From the sequence record OR296290.1: DNA of 64,000 bases; one strand, given 5' to 3'. The translations under genes were made by a program, and so were the position numbers. Under the pieces are notes generated by a model. The model did not search any database, had not been told where the DNA came from, and saw only the letters and a list, made by a program, of their open reading frames with translations. Shown piece by piece: positions 35,023-44,331 of this stretch. Position 1 is the stretch's first letter. Each line of letters opens with the position of its first letter. Source of the stretch: Escherichia phage SDYTW1-F1-2-2_3.

Positions 35023-37266
35023 ATGGCTAAGCAAAAATATAGTGAAGAGGTGTTGGACGAGTTACGTGTTGACCTTCAACGTCGTTTTAATTACGCTCAA
35101 GGCTACGTAGACACAGCTGTTAAGGGCTATGCTCGTGAAGCTTGGGAATATTTCTATGGTAACTTACCTGCACCAGTAACTGCTGGCAGCTCTAGTTGGG
35201 TAGATCGTACTGTTTGGGAATCTGTTAATGGTACACTGCAAGATATTATTAACGTATTCTGTTCTGGTGATGAAGCAGTTACTTTCGTAGCTGATAACCA
35301 ACAGGATTCTGATGCTGCTGATGTAGCAACTAAGTTAGTTAACCAAATTCTTCTGCGTGATAATCCGGGATATAACATTATCTCTTCTGCTGCACAAGAA
35401 TGTCTGGTTACTCGTAACTCTTTTATCAAATATTATTGGGATGAGCACACTTCTACTCAAACTGAAGAAGCTGAAGGTGTACCACCGGAAGCATTGGCTG
35501 CATATGTTCAGGGATTAGAAGCTGGTGGACTTAAGAATCTGGAAATCTTCACTGAAGAAAATGAAGATGGTACAGTAGATGTTAAAGTTACTTACGAACA
35601 AACTGTTAAACGTGTGAAAGTTGAATATGTTCCTTCAGAGCAAATCTTTGTTGATGAACATGCTACCTCTTTTGCAGATGCACAATACTTTTGTCATCGT
35701 GTACGTCGCTCTAAAGAAGATCTGGTTGCTATGGGCTTCCCTAAAGATGAGATTGAAGCATTCAACGACTGGACAGACACGATGGACACCACTCAATCTA
35801 CAGTTGCTTGGTCTCGTACTGACTGGCGTCAGGACATTGATGCTGACATTGGTACAGATACTGAAGATATCGCTACTATGGTTTGGGTTTATGAGCACTA
35901 TATTCGTACTGGTGTTCTAGATAAGAATAAAGAGTCTAAACTCTATCAGGTTATTCAAGCTGGTGAGCATATCCTTCACACTGAAGAAGTAACTCACATT
36001 CCATTTGTAACCTTCTGTCCGTATCCGATTCCGGGTTCCTTCTATGGTCAATCAGTCTATGACATTACGAAAGATATTCAGGATTTACGTACCGCGCTAG
36101 TTCGTGGTTATATTGATAACGTCAACAATGCTAACTATGGTCGATACAAAGCTCTTGTTGGTGCATACGATCGTCGCTCTCTGCTTGATAACCGTCCCGG
36201 TGGAGTGGTTGAAATGGAACGTCAGGACGCTATTGACCTGTTCCCATACCATAACCTACCTCAAGGTATTGACGGCCTCCTAGGTATGTCTGAGGAGCTT
36301 AAAGAGACACGTACCGGTGTAACTAAACTTGGTATGGGTATCAACCCTGATGTGTTTAAGAATGATAACGCTTATGCAACCGTAGGCTTGATGATGAATG
36401 CTGCACAGAACCGTCTCCGTATGGTATGTCGTAACATTGCTCACAACGGTATGGTTGAATTGATGCGTGGTATTTACAGCCTTATCAGAGAAAACGGTGA
36501 AGTTCCTATTGAGGTACAAACCCCTCGTGGTATGGTTCAGGTTAATCCGAAACAATTACCAGCTCGTCATAATCTTCAAGTTGTTGTAGCTATCTCTCCT
36601 AATGAGAAAGCAGAACGTGCACAGAAACTGATTAGCTTGAAACAGCTGATTGCAGCAGATGCACAATTAGCACCTCTCTTTGGTTTGGAGCAAGACCGCT
36701 ACATGACTGCACAGATCTTTGAGTTGATGGGTATTAAGGACACTCATAAATACTTACTGCCTCTGGAACAGTATCAGCCTCCTGAGCCGTCTCCGATGGA
36801 AATCCTCCAGCTCGAGATGACTAAAGCACAGGTTGAGAACGTACAGGCTTCTTCTCAGAAGATGATTGCTGATGCATTCGACCAGCGTGAACGTACTACA
36901 TTCGAACAGCAGAAAGCTGCGGATGAATTAAGTCTGCGTCAGGAAGAGTTGCAGTTCAAGCAAGAAAATGCAGCAGATGCTATGACTCTGGAAAACCGTA
37001 AAGAAGATAACAATGCAACTCTGGAACAAGCTAAGCACAAGTTAGCTCTTATGCAACAGCAGGTCCGTCAGTATGAGTCTGTACTGAAAGAATTGCAGAT
37101 GGTTATGGAACATCAGGTTGACCAAGAGAAGATTGTTCAGCAAACTCGTGTTCAGGATAAAACTTTGGAACTCCAGAAGAAAGAAGCAAATGTAACTAAG
37201 AAAGAGCAACAAGCTTCTCTCAAAGATTCACGGATTCCAGGCAAACGTCTTGGAAGTAAAAAGTAA
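35023..37266 (+). CDS. portal protein (putative)
   Basis: 747 aa, directly after TerL and before scaffold/capsid; C-terminal coiled-coil. Confidence 0.65.
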   Translation: MAKQKYSEEVLDELRVDLQRRFNYAQGYVDTAVKGYAREAWEYFYGNLPAPVTAGSSSWVDRTVWESVNGTLQDIINVFCSGDEAVTFVADNQQDSDAADVATKLVNQILLRDNPGYNIISSAAQECLVTRNSFIKYYWDEHTSTQTEEAEGVPPEALAAYVQGLEAGGLKNLEIFTEENEDGTVDVKVTYEQTVKRVKVEYVPSEQIFVDEHATSFADAQYFCHRVRRSKEDLVAMGFPKDEIEAFNDWTDTMDTTQSTVAWSRTDWRQDIDADIGTDTEDIATMVWVYEHYIRTGVLDKNKESKLYQVIQAGEHILHTEEVTHIPFVTFCPYPIPGSFYGQSVYDITKDIQDLRTALVRGYIDNVNNANYGRYKALVGAYDRRSLLDNRPGGVVEMERQDAIDLFPYHNLPQGIDGLLGMSEELKETRTGVTKLGMGINPDVFKNDNAYATVGLMMNAAQNRLRMVCRNIAHNGMVELMRGIYSLIRENGEVPIEVQTPRGMVQVNPKQLPARHNLQVVVAISPNEKAERAQKLISLKQLIAADAQLAPLFGLEQDRYMTAQIFELMGIKDTHKYLLPLEQYQPPEPSPMEILQLEMTKAQVENVQASSQKMIADAFDQRERTTFEQQKAADELSLRQEELQFKQENAADAMTLENRKEDNNATLEQAKHKLALMQQQVRQYESVLKELQMVMEHQVDQEKIVQQTRVQDKTLELQKKEANVTKKEQQASLKDSRIPGKRLGSKK

Positions 37267-37275
37267 GGACGTCGA

Positions 37276-37512
37276 ATGAACATTAGGCATCAATTCAATA
37301 AAGAGCACGCCGCCGCTTTGGCGGCTCTCAATCTTAACGGCAGTCTTGACGCAGCATTAGAGGCATTGAAAGAAAGACTCATGACAGAGATAGTTCAAAC
37401 TGAACCTCATGAGAATAAGAAACGCGAAGATTGTTATCAAAAGTATAAAATGGTGGGTAGCTTAAAAGAGGTCATAAAAGCTGCTATCAATAGTGCAGGA
37501 GATGTTTCATAA
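37276..37512 (+). CDS. hypothetical protein (78 aa)
   Basis: Track ORF; stop overlaps scaffold ATG. Confidence 0.45.
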   Translation: MNIRHQFNKEHAAALAALNLNGSLDAALEALKERLMTEIVQTEPHENKKREDCYQKYKMVGSLKEVIKAAINSAGDVS

Positions 37513-38597
37513 TGCCACAAGATAATTATATTGACCCGAACGATTTTAAATCTTTCCTCCAACTGGATGACCTGAAAGGTTCTTTTAAAGAAGAGCTTGG
37601 TCGATTAGAATCTGAACAAGAACCAGAAGTGGACATTGACGACGAGTTCCCGGAAGATACCGGTGACAACTTCGACTTTGATACCGACCTTCTCGGTGAA
37701 AGCGATGAGCTTAAGTTCGAAGATGAAGATGGTTGGGAAGATCATGATGAGGAAGGCGAAGTCGAAGAAGATGAGGATGACTCTGATGAAGGTGATGAAA
37801 ACACTGAAGTAGAAGAGGAAGACTCAAGCGATGCAGGATATGAAGATGATTCCGCTGACGGTGATGGTGAGGTCTTTGATGTAGACTACGAAACCGTTAT
37901 CACCCTTCCTGATGGACGTGAGATGACTATTGAAGAACTCTCCAATGGCTATCTTACTGGTGCTGACATGACTGAACGAGAGTCAACTCTTCAGCGTCAC
38001 ATGGAAGCATTTGAGGAACGTGTAGTAGGTTTGAAGGATGTATTAGAATTAGCGTCTTTAGAAGCAGACCGAGTAATTGAAGATTACAATGGTTTTGATT
38101 GGGACAAGCTTGCAGTAGAAGATCCTCAAGCATATGTTGAAAACAAACGTTTCCTAGAGAAGTACACAGCTCGTCGTAACCAGCTTGAGCAGGCTCAGAT
38201 GCGTGTTAAGCAGGAAGCAGCAGCTAAAGAACAGGAAGCTTTCCAAGCCAAGAGTGTTGAGTGCGTTAATATTCTGAAACGTGAGATTCCAAATTGGGAT
38301 GAAAACTTATATCAAAACTTAATGCAATATGCAATTGACTTAGGTGCTACTGAAGAAGAAGTATTGAAGGAAAACCGTCCGTCTATTTTCCTAGCTCTCC
38401 ATAAAGCATACCAATTTGATAAAGGTAAGCAGCAGGTGATGGCTAAGATTAAACGTCCCGGTGCTCCACGCAAGGTTGTGAAGTCTGATGCTGCAAAGTC
38501 TCGTACTTCCAATAAGCCAGACAACGCTAAGGTTGCCAAGGCATTCGCAGAGGGTCGCGTTAGTCACGAAGACGCATTCAAATTCCTCGTAGATTAA
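37512..38597 (+). CDS. scaffolding protein (putative)
   Basis: Strongly acidic N-terminal half, helical C-terminal half, between portal and capsid. Confidence 0.55.
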   Translation: MPQDNYIDPNDFKSFLQLDDLKGSFKEELGRLESEQEPEVDIDDEFPEDTGDNFDFDTDLLGESDELKFEDEDGWEDHDEEGEVEEDEDDSDEGDENTEVEEEDSSDAGYEDDSADGDGEVFDVDYETVITLPDGREMTIEELSNGYLTGADMTERESTLQRHMEAFEERVVGLKDVLELASLEADRVIEDYNGFDWDKLAVEDPQAYVENKRFLEKYTARRNQLEQAQMRVKQEAAAKEQEAFQAKSVECVNILKREIPNWDENLYQNLMQYAIDLGATEEEVLKENRPSIFLALHKAYQFDKGKQQVMAKIKRPGAPRKVVKSDAAKSRTSNKPDNAKVAKAFAEGRVSHEDAFKFLVD

Positions 38598-38638
38598 TCG
38601 ACAAATTAATTATTTAATAGTATAGGAGCTAACATAAC

Positions 38639-39700
38639 ATGGCTAATCCAACTTTATTTGTATCGTATGACCAGAATGGTAAAAAACTTTCTTTTGCTAA
38701 CTGGATTTCTGTTCTGTCCCCTCAGGATACTCCGTTCGTATCTATGACCGGTAAAGAGTCTATCAACCAGACTATCTTTAGCTGGCAGACCGATGCACTG
38801 GCAAGCGTTGATGGTAATAACGCACACGTCGAAGGCTCTCGTGCTGAAGACGGCGAAATGAAACCGACTGTTATCAAGTCTAACGTTACTCAGATTCTGC
38901 GTAAGGTTGTTCGTGTTTCTGACACTGCTAACACCACCGCTAACTACGGTCGTGGTCGTGAACTGATGTATCAGCTGGAGAAGAAAGGTAAAGAGATCAA
39001 GCGTGACCTCGAGAAAATCCTTCTGTCCGGTCAGGCTCGTACCGACGTTTTGGCTGACCAGTATCTGACTAACTCCGCAGCCGATCCGACTCAGATTGGT
39101 AAGAACGACACCCATGCAGCTCGTAAGACTGGTGCATTCCAGTTCCTGTGTGCTCACGGCGGTCTGACTGGTGGCGTTGTTGACAAAACCAAGAATGGTC
39201 CTGCTGACCCAGATACCGGTGCTGTAACTGTTAAAGTTGCACAGAACGCTTCTAACCCGGCTACTAACATCGGCTTCGATGAAGCAGATATCTTTGATAT
39301 GACTCTGCAACTGTACACCGCTGGTTCTGAAGCAGATATCATCATGATTAACCCGGCTCATGCTAAGATCTTCGCTGGCCTGCAAGAAAATACTCAGGGT
39401 TCACGTAAGCGTATCTTTGAGAACACCAAGCAGTTCATCTACGAAGTTAACAGCATCACTGACCCGCTGGGCCAGAGCTACAAAATCATCGTTAACCGTT
39501 GGATGCCTACTGATGCAGTTTACTTCTTCCGTAGCGCTGACTGGACCCAGATGGTTCTGCGTGCTCCGAAACGTACTGAACTGGCAAAAGATGGTTCTTA
39601 CGAGAAGTGGATGATTGAGATGGAAGTTGGTCTGCGTCACCGCAACCCGTATGCTTCCGGTGTTCTGTTCACTGCTGCGGGAAAGGCAGTAGCGGCGTAA
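38639..39700 (+). CDS. major capsid protein
   Basis: 353 aa after scaffold, strong GGAG SD, codon usage typical of a highly expressed gene; terminator after the downstream Ig ORF. Confidence 0.7.
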   Translation: MANPTLFVSYDQNGKKLSFANWISVLSPQDTPFVSMTGKESINQTIFSWQTDALASVDGNNAHVEGSRAEDGEMKPTVIKSNVTQILRKVVRVSDTANTTANYGRGRELMYQLEKKGKEIKRDLEKILLSGQARTDVLADQYLTNSAADPTQIGKNDTHAARKTGAFQFLCAHGGLTGGVVDKTKNGPADPDTGAVTVKVAQNASNPATNIGFDEADIFDMTLQLYTAGSEADIIMINPAHAKIFAGLQENTQGSRKRIFENTKQFIYEVNSITDPLGQSYKIIVNRWMPTDAVYFFRSADWTQMVLRAPKRTELAKDGSYEKWMIEMEVGLRHRNPYASGVLFTAAGKAVAA

Positions 39701-40227
39701 CAGTAGATACCATAACTGTTAGTCCTTCGTCGGTTGCAAGCCTTCCGACGGGGGCTACTCAGCAGTTTACAGCTACAGCACAAATGAGTGATAGCTCCAC
39801 ATCAACAACTGGATTTGTTTGGTCCGTTGAGGGTGGTGGGGCTATTTCTGTTTCTGGACTGTACACTGCACCGAGTGCGTCGCAAGAAACCCCGATTACA
39901 GTGAAAGCTACTAAAGGTGGTAAATCCGGTACATCTACGATCTCAGCTATTGCTGACCCTGAACCTACCCTTGTTAGCCGAGGTCCGATTTCAGGGAAGG
40001 TGGGTGGATCAACAACCGCATTCTCTACTATGTTTACAGCAACAAACTCTACCGGAAGTGACTATACTTTTGAGGTAACTCCTCCGGAAGCGGGAACTGT
40101 TAGTGCAGCTGGTCTTTTGACTCTTGCTGATACTGCTATGGGTGCAGTCTCTGTTGCAGCTACACACGAGACTAAACCTCTTGTAACAGCCACTTGTGAA
40201 TTCACAGGTGTAACACCTGCTGCTTAA
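39679..40227 (+). CDS. -1 frame Ig-like (Big_2) extension of capsid protein, reached by putative programmed frameshift
   Basis: Slippery heptamer G_GGA_AAG at 39679-39685; -1 frame open from there to 40227 and encodes VTVDTITVSPSSVASLPTGATQQFTATAQ... Ig-like repeats. Confidence 0.55.
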   Translation, partial: GKGSSGVTVDTITVSPSSVASLPTGATQQFTATAQMSDSSTSTTGFVWSVEGGGAISVSGLYTAPSASQETPITVKATKGGKSGTSTISAIADPEPTLVSRGPISGKVGGSTTAFSTMFTATNSTGSDYTFEVTPPEAGTVSAAGLLTLADTAMGAVSVAATHETKPLVTATCEFTGVTPAA

Positions 40228-40234
40228 AATTAGA

Positions 40235-40259
40235 CCCTGCCTTCGGGCGGGGTTTTTTT
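40235..40259 (+). terminator. intrinsic terminator after capsid/Ig ORF
   Basis: CCCTGCCttcgGGCGGGG then TTTTTTT. Confidence 0.7.
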
Positions 40260-40329
40260 CGTTTTAAGACCTATACAAGCTAGTGTGTAATGTATATTCT
40301 TTGTCTACATATAACAAGGAGGACAACCT

Positions 40330-41082
40330 ATGGCGATGCCTGAAGTGCAAAACCCGACTAACACGTATGGCTGGCTTAAGAAAGCTGTTGCCTTGTGGGC
40401 CGATCGAGACGATGATGAATTTGTTAATCAAATTCCAAACTTTATTAACTTTGCAGAGAAAGAGATTTATCGTAACTTACGTATCCCTCCTCTGGAAAAA
40501 GAAGTGTATTTAGATATTAAAGATGGAGTAGCTTATATTCCTCCTGATTACTTAGAAGCTCAATGGATGATGAGAGCCAAAGACGGAACAATCTTCCAAG
40601 TAACATCTCCTGAGGAGATTAGCTATCGTAGACAGCATGGAACAATTAACCCATCTCACTGGAACAACCAACCTGTTAACTTTGCTCGTTTCGGTAGTCG
40701 TTTCATTTTCTACCCTAGAATCGAAGCAGACACTCCTGTTTACCCTGATGATGGAAGTCCTTTGATTCCAGCAGAAAACTCAGTAATTCTTAGCTATTAT
40801 GCAGATCCACCGGAATTTCATGAAGATGAAGATACTAGTGCAATCCTCACTATCGCACCAGAGCTTCTTCTGTATTTTACTCTACGTCATGCTTGCTTGT
40901 TTGTTCAAGATGATAACGGAGTTCAGAAATGGTCAGCATTAGGAAAAGCTATCCTTGATGAAATGGTAGAGCAGAATAAGAAGCAAGAGTACTCAGGTTC
41001 ACCTATCGCAATTCCGAATAACATGACTCGACTTCAGAGCAGCTTGCCTGATATTTATGGTATTCGTACTTCTCGTGTATAA
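40330..41082 (+). CDS. virion structural protein (putative)
   Basis: 250 aa, AAGGAGG SD, preceded by TAATGTATA motif and terminator. Confidence 0.5.
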   Translation: MAMPEVQNPTNTYGWLKKAVALWADRDDDEFVNQIPNFINFAEKEIYRNLRIPPLEKEVYLDIKDGVAYIPPDYLEAQWMMRAKDGTIFQVTSPEEISYRRQHGTINPSHWNNQPVNFARFGSRFIFYPRIEADTPVYPDDGSPLIPAENSVILSYYADPPEFHEDEDTSAILTIAPELLLYFTLRHACLFVQDDNGVQKWSALGKAILDEMVEQNKKQEYSGSPIAIPNNMTRLQSSLPDIYGIRTSRV

Positions 41083-41091
41083 GGAGATAAT

Positions 41092-44000
41092 ATGATCGTT
41101 TATAATAACCAAGCACCTGATGCAGTGAATAACGTTGGGCAGTTTGGTGCTACAGAAGGCTCTATCGGAGCTTACAAGCAAGCAGCAGAATATGCAGCTG
41201 ATTCTAAGTATTGGGCATTACTGGCTGAGTCTAAGTTTGGCACAATCGATGATCTGATTGCTGAAGTAGAACGTCTATATCAACAGGGTGTTCTGATGCA
41301 GCAAGACATTGAGGCTTTGAAGCAGGATTTTAGAGACCAAGATGCTCATTTAATGCAACTTATCGCTCAGACTAACGCAGCTGTTTCTGATGCACAGAAC
41401 GCTCTGGCTCTTATGGACCAGAAGCTGATTGAAGTTCAGGAACGACTGGATATTCTGTTAGGTATGTCTGTTGACGTCACTACACTTCCTCCGGGAAATG
41501 AAGCTTCTGGGCATTTTGACCCTAACACTGGTGTTATCTCTTTGGGTATCCCTCAAGGTGTTCCGGGTAAAGATGGTACAGTAACAGATTTGAATAACGC
41601 ACCAACCGGTGTTCCTGTTCTTGGTGATGTAGGTTTCTATGTTGATAAAGATGACAACACTGTTCACAAAACGTCTTTAGAGAATATTGCAAACCTTATC
41701 CCATCTGTTCGTTCTATCTCTGTAAACGGCGGTCCTGCTGAGAGTGGTGAAGTTGCTCTAACTCTTGACAAAAGTACTGTTGGGTTAAGTAATGTAGAGA
41801 ACGTGGCTTCTTATAGTAAAGAGGTTGTTGATAACAAAGTTGATGGTTTTATTAAAACATACAGCTCTAAAGCTGAAGCGGATGCAGATGCTGTTAATCG
41901 TGAGGCTGGAGAAACTGTTTTAGTGTGGGAAAACACTCAGTATGTTTTCTACAAAGTGGCTGCTGATAAGATTCTAGATTTAAGTAAAACAGAACCTCGG
42001 GTTATTACTGTCAACTCTCGTATTCCTGACTCTAGCGGTAACATTGATATTACAATCCCTACAGGGAACCCATCCTTGTATCTAGGTGAATTATTGATGT
42101 TCCCTTATGACCCATCTCGCCCTATTTCTTATCCTGGGATTTTACCTGCTGACGGTCGTTTGGTGTCCAAGGATTTGGCTAGCGATTTAGGTGCTTCTTT
42201 AGTTAGTGGTCAGCTTCCGGTTGTGTCTGAGACAGAATGGCAAGCAGGTGCTAAGCAGTATTATTCTTGGGGTAAACTGGCTGATGGGCTGACTGATGCA
42301 GACTCTACCAACTACATCAACATCCGTCTTCCTGATTGGACTGGTGGTGAAGCTATTAGATCTCCTAACCTAACTGGCGATGCTTCTTATGACGGTAAGC
42401 CATTAGATCAGAAACCTTACATCGTTACTGTTAACGGAATTGCTCCTAACGATATCACAGGAAACGTCAACATAACAGCTGCAAATATAGGCGCTTTGGC
42501 TAAGTCTGGTGGTATCATGGACGGAAACTTAGTCCTTAACAAAGCTGTATCTTTACGCAGAATAAAGGATAATGACACTCAAGTTAACATGGTATCGAGA
42601 AGTGACTCTGATGCTTCTGTACTTGGTGACCACTTAGCTAAGACTGTAATAGCTTCTTCCGAGACACCAATCTTCTCTAAACCGGAAGGGGATTATAAGT
42701 TTTATACAGAGGATAACAAACCTACGAACGTTGATGTTGGTGCTGCTGGTATTGATGTTAATGGTGTAAACTCTGACATAAAAACTTTCACTCAAAAGGT
42801 TACGTTCCAGCAACCTGTTACTGTGGCAGATGCTGTTGGAGACTATGATGCTGTTACCTTACGTCAACTAAGAAACCAAGGTGGTGGAGGTGGCGGTTCT
42901 ACGATGAATGGTATCTCCAACTTCAATATTGGTGATTTCCGACTAGTAGATAGTCGAGCTTTTATCCAAGCAAATGATGTTGTGTCTGATGGTCAACTTT
43001 TGAACAGGGCCGAGTATCCTGAGCTTTGGGCGTATGCTCAGATGCTCACCCCTATAGAGGATTCTGAGTGGATTTCAACCCCTTCCAAGAGATCTCAATA
43101 TTCACTAGGAGATGGCTCTACTACATTCCGTGTCCCTGATAGGAATGGTGTTCAGAGTGGCTCTGTTAAGGCTTTATATGGAAGAGGTGACGGTGGAGGT
43201 TCTTACGGAGGTATTTATGATAGTGGGATTCCTGACATAACTGGTCAGTTCAGAGCTTATGGATACAATGCAGGTGAACCTACAGGTGCATTTGGTTCCT
43301 ATAATAGTGGTAGCGCTGAGTTTGAATTAAAATCTACATCTGCTAATTTTACTAGGTACAACACATTCACCATAAGTGCCGGAAGGGTTAACTCTGTTTA
43401 TGGAAGAGCAGACGAGGTCAGGCCTAGATCTTTCGTCGGTGTATGGGTGATTCGTGCTAAAGGGGCTTTCATCGCTGCCAATACAACATGGTCAGTAATT
43501 AATAGTGACACCTCTCGTCCTTCTGACGGAACCACTGTGACTGGTGGTAATGTAATATCTGAATATAAAGTAGGGGCAGAATCTGAAGGTTCAGCCGAGT
43601 TCCGAATGGTTGGAACGATTGGAAGCTCTTATTCTGCTAGAATTGGTGTTTACAACAAAACATCAAGTAAAGGAACTACTTTTGATTTTACTGAGGCCGG
43701 TAATATAGAGACTCCCAAAGGTCGTGTTTTGGTGAAAGGGGATTACGGTGTTGGTGCTCAGGGAAGTGTTGTATTACCTGAAACTAACTATAACCAGCTC
43801 ATAACAGATTCAGATGGTGCCTCATCGTGGGCAGCTGCTAATGGAGGGGGTATACAAACTTCCTATGCCGTAAATAGAATCTGTCAATTTTGGGTAAGTC
43901 TGAGTGGTTCGGCTTATATCAGATCTAATACACTGAACAACAACCCAAAAGAACTCAAATCCAATCTTCCGTGGACAACTCTCCAGAATGCTGGAACCTC

Positions 44001-44292
44001 TGACGCAAATGTCAAGGATATTGGAGATGATTTAGATTTAAATGTCGCTCTAAGTAATATTAAATCTCTTGAATTTAAAAACTTTACTTACAAGAACGAT
44101 GAGAAGAAATCACCACGTAGAGGGGTAATTGCGCAACAAGCAGAACAGGTGGACCCTCAGTATGTCCATAGTGCAGAAAAAAGTGGAGTCATGACTCTTG
44201 ACACTAACCCGCTTTTATTAGATGCCCTTGCTGCTATCAAGCTTTTGTCTGCTAAAGTAGAAGAGTTGGAAAAGCAGTTAGCTGCTAAATGA
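41092..44292 (+). CDS. tail fibre/spike protein with collar domain and C-terminal intramolecular chaperone (S74-like)
   Basis: 1066 aa; YPELWAYAQ...GDGSTTFRVPDRNG collar block; C-terminal DIGDDLDLNVALSNIKSLEFKNFTYKNDE...VMTLDTNPLL chaperone-like end. Confidence 0.7.
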   Translation: MIVYNNQAPDAVNNVGQFGATEGSIGAYKQAAEYAADSKYWALLAESKFGTIDDLIAEVERLYQQGVLMQQDIEALKQDFRDQDAHLMQLIAQTNAAVSDAQNALALMDQKLIEVQERLDILLGMSVDVTTLPPGNEASGHFDPNTGVISLGIPQGVPGKDGTVTDLNNAPTGVPVLGDVGFYVDKDDNTVHKTSLENIANLIPSVRSISVNGGPAESGEVALTLDKSTVGLSNVENVASYSKEVVDNKVDGFIKTYSSKAEADADAVNREAGETVLVWENTQYVFYKVAADKILDLSKTEPRVITVNSRIPDSSGNIDITIPTGNPSLYLGELLMFPYDPSRPISYPGILPADGRLVSKDLASDLGASLVSGQLPVVSETEWQAGAKQYYSWGKLADGLTDADSTNYINIRLPDWTGGEAIRSPNLTGDASYDGKPLDQKPYIVTVNGIAPNDITGNVNITAANIGALAKSGGIMDGNLVLNKAVSLRRIKDNDTQVNMVSRSDSDASVLGDHLAKTVIASSETPIFSKPEGDYKFYTEDNKPTNVDVGAAGIDVNGVNSDIKTFTQKVTFQQPVTVADAVGDYDAVTLRQLRNQGGGGGGSTMNGISNFNIGDFRLVDSRAFIQANDVVSDGQLLNRAEYPELWAYAQMLTPIEDSEWISTPSKRSQYSLGDGSTTFRVPDRNGVQSGSVKALYGRGDGGGSYGGIYDSGIPDITGQFRAYGYNAGEPTGAFGSYNSGSAEFELKSTSANFTRYNTFTISAGRVNSVYGRADEVRPRSFVGVWVIRAKGAFIAANTTWSVINSDTSRPSDGTTVTGGNVISEYKVGAESEGSAEFRMVGTIGSSYSARIGVYNKTSSKGTTFDFTEAGNIETPKGRVLVKGDYGVGAQGSVVLPETNYNQLITDSDGASSWAAANGGGIQTSYAVNRICQFWVSLSGSAYIRSNTLNNNPKELKSNLPWTTLQNAGTSDANVKDIGDDLDLNVALSNIKSLEFKNFTYKNDEKKSPRRGVIAQQAEQVDPQYVHSAEKSGVMTLDTNPLLLDALAAIKLLSAKVEELEKQLAAK

Positions 44293-44300
44293 TTAACAAC

Positions 44301-44320
44301 GCTCCCTTCGGGGAGCTTTT
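44301..44320 (+). terminator. hairpin/weak terminator after first tail fibre gene
   Basis: GCTCCCttcgGGGAGC then TTTT; SD of next gene follows. Confidence 0.45.
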
Positions 44321-44331
44321 AGGAGGATTTA

